Positions 58,301-64,000 of a stretch of DNA of 64,000 nucleotides are shown in pieces. Each line of letters begins with the position of its first letter. Within the stretch, counting starts at the first letter, position 1. The notes under the pieces were generated by a model. The model saw only the letters and a program-made list of their open reading frames with translations, did not search any database and was not told the DNA's origin. The stretch spans positions 251,266 to 315,265 of the forward strand of contig JAKMXF010000303.1 of the NCBI GenBank assembly GCA_024704765.1, given 5' to 3'. A program made the position numbers and the translations under genes. Origin of the DNA: Oopsacas minuta. Taxonomy: Eukaryota > Animalia > Porifera.

Positions 58301-59214
58301 TCCCTTAATGAGAATTTTTTCATGGATTTAGAGTCCATTTTGTATTAGAAATAATTATTTCAATACAGTAGACCCTCTCTAATCCGAACAGGCTAAAGAT
58401 GCTATACAACTTTTGGAAATGTTGTAAAATGTTCATAAATAACTATTTGTATCCAATTCTACTGGGGACAAATACATATTACTATTTACACATGTTGGCA
58501 GCCTTTTCATCGTATGTACAACATTCGAAAAATGCACCATAGATCCTATAGTATTGTTTCAATGCATTTCGCTAATCAGAACGAATTAGGTATATTTGAA
58601 TTGAAACAATGCTGTTTGGATTAGCGAGGATGTACTGTAGAAGTTCGCGTATTAGTAAGGGAAATTAGTGCAAATACGACTTGCCAATAGGAAAACTCCA
58701 CTGAACTGCTATGATGCTGTATAATATAACTCACCTCAGCTGATATTATCGTAATCAGACACACCAATAGAGAGTGTTTAGGTAAACTGAAATTAAGTGT
58801 GAAATATATAGCTAGAGCTCCTATACAGAGAGTAGCTAGGAGACCCTTGCCTGAGAGAGATAGGACCACGAATAGGGCGGGGAATATACCTATAGCTAAT
58901 CTCAAATTGTGTGAGAAGGGAGAGTTCTGGAACCAGGAGGGTGGATGTTTAAAATCTTTAGATTTGATAGGATTCTGGTTAATGAGGTCTTTGAAAGGAG
59001 CTTCATACTCCTGTTGTATCTGTGTAGCATCGTCTAGAGATATGGTGTTAGGAACCCTAGCTCTAAGACCACTGCCCTCTCCATCTATATCTACAGGCGC
59101 CAATACAGATGTATAGAGTTCTGAGGTGTTGTTACCTGGATCTTGTTGTAAATTTGTTACTATCGTTACGTTATGACCTGGCACTATCTCAGATTGTTCT
59201 GTTAGAGTCGCCAT
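55311..59214 (-). CDS. Multi-pass membrane protein similar to plant NO EXINE FORMATION 1 (NEF1), three exons
   Basis: Exons 59214-58735, 58237-57065 and 56753-55311, all phase 0. SPFSHNLRLAIGIFP..ATLCIG, WTLLQFPHLRVTEPAMCVLIEELMF and YSYWMFLSTSAAGMMVTDRL..WVSASLHLTKL parallel Arabidopsis NEF1 segments in the same order, as recalled from memory. Confidence 0.75.
56920..57041. mobile_element. hAT-Charlie-like MITE in NEF1-like intron 2
   Basis: CAGTGGTTCTCAACC..GAAAAAGGTAGAATCACTG with a perfect TATTAGAT duplication. Confidence 0.92.
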
Positions 59215-59621
59215 ACAGACTATTATAATAGCCTATAACAAGAATAAAGTACAGAAAATGTTTTATGTAGAATATTAATATAATATTTCTATGATAATAT
59301 TCCCCATAGCATCCTATACATGTATAGAATACTATGTATCACCATATTAAGCTCGGGCACAATCTGACAAACTTTAGGAATATTTAATTCTCTCTCAATC
59401 AGGTCTTGTAGATGTTCTATGGAAGGATGAAAATCCTTCCCACTGATGCGAATTTTCTCTCGATGAACATTTCCATCGTTCAACCTGTTACCATCAACAC
59501 TACCTCAATGTAATTATTGTTGTTATTTTCATAATTAAACACAATGAATCTTTGGAAGGAAACAAAGTTAGTCAATAAATGTACTACCAACCACAATTCA
59601 CAAACAAAGGGCGATTTGCGA

Positions 59622-59784
59622 GCACTACTTTGACTCACATAACTTCATAACCCCTCCACAGATTATCCTGATATTTCATTAACATATATATCTCAAGTGT
59701 AGCTTTCCGCCATTTAAATTGTTAACACTTAGCATTAAGGATAATCTGTGGAGGGTTATGAAGTTATGAGAGTCAAAGTGGTGC
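59622..59784. mobile_element. Foldback-like MITE with ~47-bp TIRs
   Basis: GCACTACTTTGACTCACATAACTTCATAACCCCTCCACAGATTATCCT versus AGGATAATCTGTGGAGGGTTATGAAGTTATGAGAGTCAAAGTGGTGC. Confidence 0.85.
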
Positions 59785-60007
59785 AAACTTTTTGCTGCTA
59801 AACGTGCTGCTAACTTCACATCCACACATAAGCATACCATAAATGATAAATCCACGAATAAGCGCCAGGAGTTCGTCTAGCCGAAATATAAAGATCTCAA
59901 GCTGGGCATAAAACTGTGCTCTATATACATTAATTCATATTTAAATGCATAATACAGAAAAAACAAAACAATAATAAGACTCTACTGAGTTCTACCAAGT
60001 TGAGAGT

Positions 60008-61519
60008 TCATTTATTTCTTATCATAATCTTTATGTTGAGACAATTTCCAATTAAGAGATCTCTATTGAAGATGTAATCATGAGATATCAAATTAGCACA
60101 TCCGTAAGCAGAGTTCCTGGGTCCCTCCGGTCTGACAAAGAAATGAATGTTCTTCTCGCTGAGTATGATAGAGTTTGTTACAGCTTCGTTACCTTGTTTG
60201 TCTAGAATAGCGAAAATAAACCTGTCATTCCCCATTCTGAAAGGCCAGGCAATCTCATTATCATACGGGCCCTTGAATAGCGTGATAAATAGTCCCATGT
60301 TTGGGATAGAATTACAGAAGAATCTGACTGATGGATGGAATAGGTAGCGACCTACGTAGAAGGAGGGTCCCCACTTCTCCTTCTTTTCTTCCATCATCTT
60401 AGATATATTCTCTATCTTCCAAACAACCCCTACCCCCCTAATATCCTGACTTCTGAGTAGAATCTGAACCTCTCTGTTGAGATCCTCAATTGGATCAGTT
60501 CTATTACGCACACAGGTTGTAACAGTGATACAGTCTCCAGAGCAGTAGTCTGAGAGGAGAGAGGAGATGGATACCAGCTCAGCGGTACCAGGAGCCTTGT
60601 TCCTACTGCTTTCTGGCCTTTTGAAGTTATCAGTATTCGATTCACTAGTAGATACAGTGAGAAGTGTCACTTCAGTCCCACATGTCTTTCTCAAGGTGAA
60701 TACGAACTTCTCTCTGTCCAGGCGGAAGGGCCAGATCATGTCTTGATCTCTCTCACCTCTCACCAGACACAAGAACAGAGCTACGTACGAGGTATCTTCA
60801 TACCCGAAAGCAAGCATTATCTGAAATTTGTATCCATCTACGTAGAAGTAAGGGCCCCATATCTTAGCTCTCTCTTCTATTTGCTGTGCTACACCAGTGA
60901 CTACCCACGACACTCCGTCTGCCCGTATTCTATTACTGAGCTTTACAGCCTCTATCTGAGCAGCTAGTAACCTTGTCTGTTGTTTTAAACTAGATTCTAA
61001 CTCTAAATTCCTAACCGTCAATGCTTCTATCTTTATATTGCTACTATCTAATTTCAGTGTACACTTTTTAACTTGTTCTAGCAGCTGTAGCATATGTTCA
61101 TTACAGCTCTCTTTTAAATGAGAATCAATCTTTCCTCTTTGTATCAGTGTTTTACAGCCGTATTCTGAATATACACAGCTCTTAGCTCTGTACACGCAAT
61201 GCTCAAAATGTTGTTGTACTTTAGGTATTACATCTACCCATATACAGCCGTGTGTGTGTAGAGGACATTGTATCCTGAGCTCTGCTACCGTCTCACCTAC
61301 TACTCCAGGATCTACACCCTCACTATGTGAATCATCGTGCTGTTTGAAACATTCTTCTCTCATAACTCCACCACACACACGACATATTAGCATCTTCTCC
61401 TCTAGCTCGGTTAACTCTTTAATTAGTAGATCCTTCCTGTATCCCCCTAGTACAGGTTGTTCATTGTTCTTTCCTACGTGCTCGTATAGTAACTCATACG
61501 CCGAAATATTCGTGCACAT
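60008..61519 (-). CDS. TRAF-like protein with degenerate RING, zinc finger, coiled coil and two MATH domains
   Basis: CRVC..QCPLHTHGCIW..HFEHC..C.YSEYGC..H; MATH1 FYVDGYKF..ALFLCLVRGERDQDMIWPF; MATH2 FYVGRYLF..LFKGPYDNEIAWPF. Confidence 0.85.
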   Translation of the reverse strand: MCTNISAYELLYEHVGKNNEQPVLGGYRKDLLIKELTELEEKMLICRVCGGVMREECFKQHDDSHSEGVDPGVVGETVAELRIQCPLHTHGCIWVDVIPKVQQHFEHCVYRAKSCVYSEYGCKTLIQRGKIDSHLKESCNEHMLQLLEQVKKCTLKLDSSNIKIEALTVRNLELESSLKQQTRLLAAQIEAVKLSNRIRADGVSWVVTGVAQQIEERAKIWGPYFYVDGYKFQIMLAFGYEDTSYVALFLCLVRGERDQDMIWPFRLDREKFVFTLRKTCGTEVTLLTVSTSESNTDNFKRPESSRNKAPGTAELVSISSLLSDYCSGDCITVTTCVRNRTDPIEDLNREVQILLRSQDIRGVGVVWKIENISKMMEEKKEKWGPSFYVGRYLFHPSVRFFCNSIPNMGLFITLFKGPYDNEIAWPFRMGNDRFIFAILDKQGNEAVTNSIILSEKNIHFFVRPEGPRNSAYGCANLISHDYIFNRDLLIGNCLNIKIMIRNK

Positions 61520-61571
61520 CTACCCTCAGATTAATAGGATAATAATACGCACCTATATAATAACTCAATTA

Positions 61572-61729
61572 CATTGGGCATCGCTTATAAGAACACCGGT
61601 TGTAATAACATATCGAGTATAACAACCATTTCCTGGAAAACGGTTCTCATATACTCTTGAATAAAATACACCGGTTATAAGAACATATTTTCCTACTATC
61701 AAGGGTGTTCTTATAAGCAATAACCACTG
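61572..61729. mobile_element. Tigger/pogo-like MITE
   Basis: TIR CATTGGGCATCGCTTATAAGAACACC / GGTGTTCTTATAAGCAATAACCACTG, TA on both sides. Confidence 0.85.
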
Positions 61730-61972
61730 TATTATACAGTCATAGTAGGTCATGATACAGTCTATTATCTGCAATCAAAGATGCCAACTCACATGGATTT
61801 TAACTATCCTCATAGATAATCATTGTCTCACGGATTGTGAGACACCAGGTTGGCTTATAGGTAATCACCTGTTGTATCTTATAAGAGATATCAAATATTA
61901 AACCTGTATAATTTAGAACTACGTACAATAAACATACATCTTGCATAGCAACTAGAATGGAGTACAAATATG

Positions 61973-63387
61973 TTAGGCTAGCTTAGCTTTATGTTTCCCT
62001 TTGGTTTCGGGTCGTGGATACTCTTCAACTGTTTCATTCAAGCACTCCTGTTTTAGAAACTGATCCAATACCTTCTCTAACCCATCTTCATAACAAGCTA
62101 CTTCTAGTCCCTCCCACTCAGCCTTAAATATTTTATTCATGTCTTGCTGCTTCAGACCAGCAGCCATAGTTTCTGCCTGGTCAGCAAACAATTTAGTCTG
62201 ATCTAGAGCAGCACTAGTCTCCCCCAGGATGATAGGATATATTGAGCGTAGACCAAATGCACACAGTATGTAGAGACTCATGCTGCTTACCCAGCTAGCA
62301 TCTAGATTCTCTATGTCTACACCGGTTTGTAACATCGGCTTGAATCTAGCTGTCAAGGGGAATGGTACCTAAGATGACATAAGTATACTTAACAACCCAT
62401 TGTAATAATTCGGGATATTCGAAAAATTCGAAAAAAAGTTTTACATCCATCAATACTTTTCTGGCATTTAGGAAAAGGTACACAAATACAGTGGTAGTAC
62501 CTCGAATATCCGAACTTGCTCCAGGTCCCAGTTCCTATTCCACTACGTTTAAACGACCTCAATCATTAGGACAGTAAATTATCCAAACGTTTTTTACCAG
62601 TCCGAATTAGTTCGGATAATCGAGGTTGTACTGAACTAGGATTCATGTAAATCCAGAGAGGTGTAAGATATTACTTATGAGAGTTAATACGTGATCTAGG
62701 TTATCACACACATCTACAAATATGAATCTCACTATACATACTGTTACTAATTGATATTGAATACAACCTGTTCAGAAATATAATTTACAATCAGCGCCCA
62801 GACGTTATTAATTACTCTACAGAGGGATGGCAAACATGTATAATATTTGGTATAGCTAGAATATCCATCTTAGTACCTTAGTAAGGAGAAACCCTGAGAA
62901 CACATAAGACATCCATCCGCCGATCAACATCATAGGAATTATGTGTGCCATCTTACCCATCTGCATATTGAGCATAGCTGAGGGATCCTGTAACATATTG
63001 AGGGTGGGACGGGTCTGTTTGAAGTACCCATCCTCAGGATCATTGAAATATGATTTGCGAGATAGAAATGCTTCCTTTGGGATTAGTCTATTGGAAAAGA
63101 ATATACAATACAAACTCGGCATTAAATGTCCTACAAGGGAAGGAACCAAAAATATAGGCGATATTTAGGAGACAGACAACATACCCGCCATTACGAATAA
63201 GCTGCTTAGCTCTGACTAGTGCCTGACTGTCCTTGATCTCCTGGGGAGTTACATTCTTATCGTGTGGAGATGAGAATATAGTAGTGATATAATGAACGCA
63301 AATGTTGAATAAGAAAGTTATTAGAAAGATAGGGAGTAGTACCCACAGTCTGGTGGCAGGGTCTAGAGTAAGTTCTGTTTCCGACAT
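61973..63387 (-). CDS. EMC3: ER membrane protein complex subunit 3 (TMEM111), three exons
   Basis: LTLDPATRLWVLLPI, IPKEAFLSRKSYF, IPMMLIGGWMSYVFSGF..KVPFPLTARFKPMLQTGV..LDASWVSSMSLY. Confidence 0.97.
62489..62633. mobile_element. Tigger/pogo-like MITE in an EMC3 intron
   Basis: TIR CAGTGGTAGTACCTCGAATATCCGAACT / AGTTCGGATAATCGAGGTTGTACTG. Confidence 0.75.
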
Positions 63388-64000
63388 AGTGATAAGCTAA
63401 TTGCATATGATATAAATCAGTGAGTAACAACTAACAAGTTGGTTATATACTGTGTTATAGTACCAGGTATAATAGCTAGAAATGGCTTGTCGTGAAGCTA
63501 TCTACTAGACATGTTTATTTTCCTATCAATTTGTCCTGAATAGGTAGGCAAAAATAGTTGAAATTACCATTTATTCATAGCTACTAGGCTATGCCATTAA
63601 TTCCATCAATAAAATAAGTCTGTTCGATAGATATATCCCAACTGGATGCAATAAAAACAAATTCTTCTAGCTCTAGCTGGGCTTTTATACCTATATACGA
63701 GTCTATACCACTAGCTATATGTCTGTAATTCATATAACATAAGTACCTGAGAAGACAGGGGGTCGCCACAAAGAGCTATTACGAAAATATATGTATATAT
63801 ATGAGCGCCCTGGATCGAGACTTAATATAGTAAAGAAGCATATTTAATAGCATATCAGCCAAGTACATTAACATAACATAATTACAGCTTGTTCATAAAT
63901 ACAGATTTTATGGAGATGATATACTAATTATCAACAGGGTAGTGCGCATAGTGCGAGAACTAAAAATCTCCAATAAACTATACAATCAACTGTAAATTCG

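Noticed and set aside
59289-59483. Ubiquitin-like fragment (IERELNIPKVCQ)
   Set aside because: Too short, with no resolved partner exons; cannot be supported as a gene.
63584-63769. ORF upstream of EMC3 at the window end
   Set aside because: No recognisable similarity; could be an exon of a gene outside the window but is unsupported.

Overview
Compact, AT-rich, intron-poor eukaryotic (metazoan) DNA. The gene set (silicatein-like cathepsin L, RNF213-like, MATH/TRAF expansion) and short, sparse introns fit a sponge, possibly a glass sponge such as Oopsacas; this is inference. About 22 protein-coding genes are supported: RNF213-like 3' end, SSNA1, BORCS8, cathepsin L-like, SMIM12, NME8-like, CPSF6, ECI2, rabenosyn-like FYVE, CYP4-like, MATE, RING-CH, two LARS2 copies, NRF1, MED15-like, a PARP-like ADP-ribosyltransferase, JADE, RWDD4, TMEM144, NEF1-like, dual-MATH TRAF-like and EMC3. 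There is also an uninterrupted mariner transposase ORF missed by the ORF track, a piggyBac fossil, and many hAT and Tc1/mariner MITEs, several with clear target-site duplications. The standout structure is a ~5 kb genic palindrome (29713-34745) of two tail-to-tail mitochondrial LeuRS copies. Its 2,475-bp arms look identical and are GC-rich, its shoulders are clearly diverged, one copy is frameshifted, and a small hairpin sits at the centre. This pattern suggests ongoing arm-to-arm gene conversion. Other notable items: a MATE gene nested on the same strand inside the single intron of a CYP4 gene, homologues of plant NEF1 and of a plant-type RING-CH, and an H-Y-E ART domain with two possible alternative zinc-finger first exons. 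Family assignments come from remembered motif similarity, not database searches.
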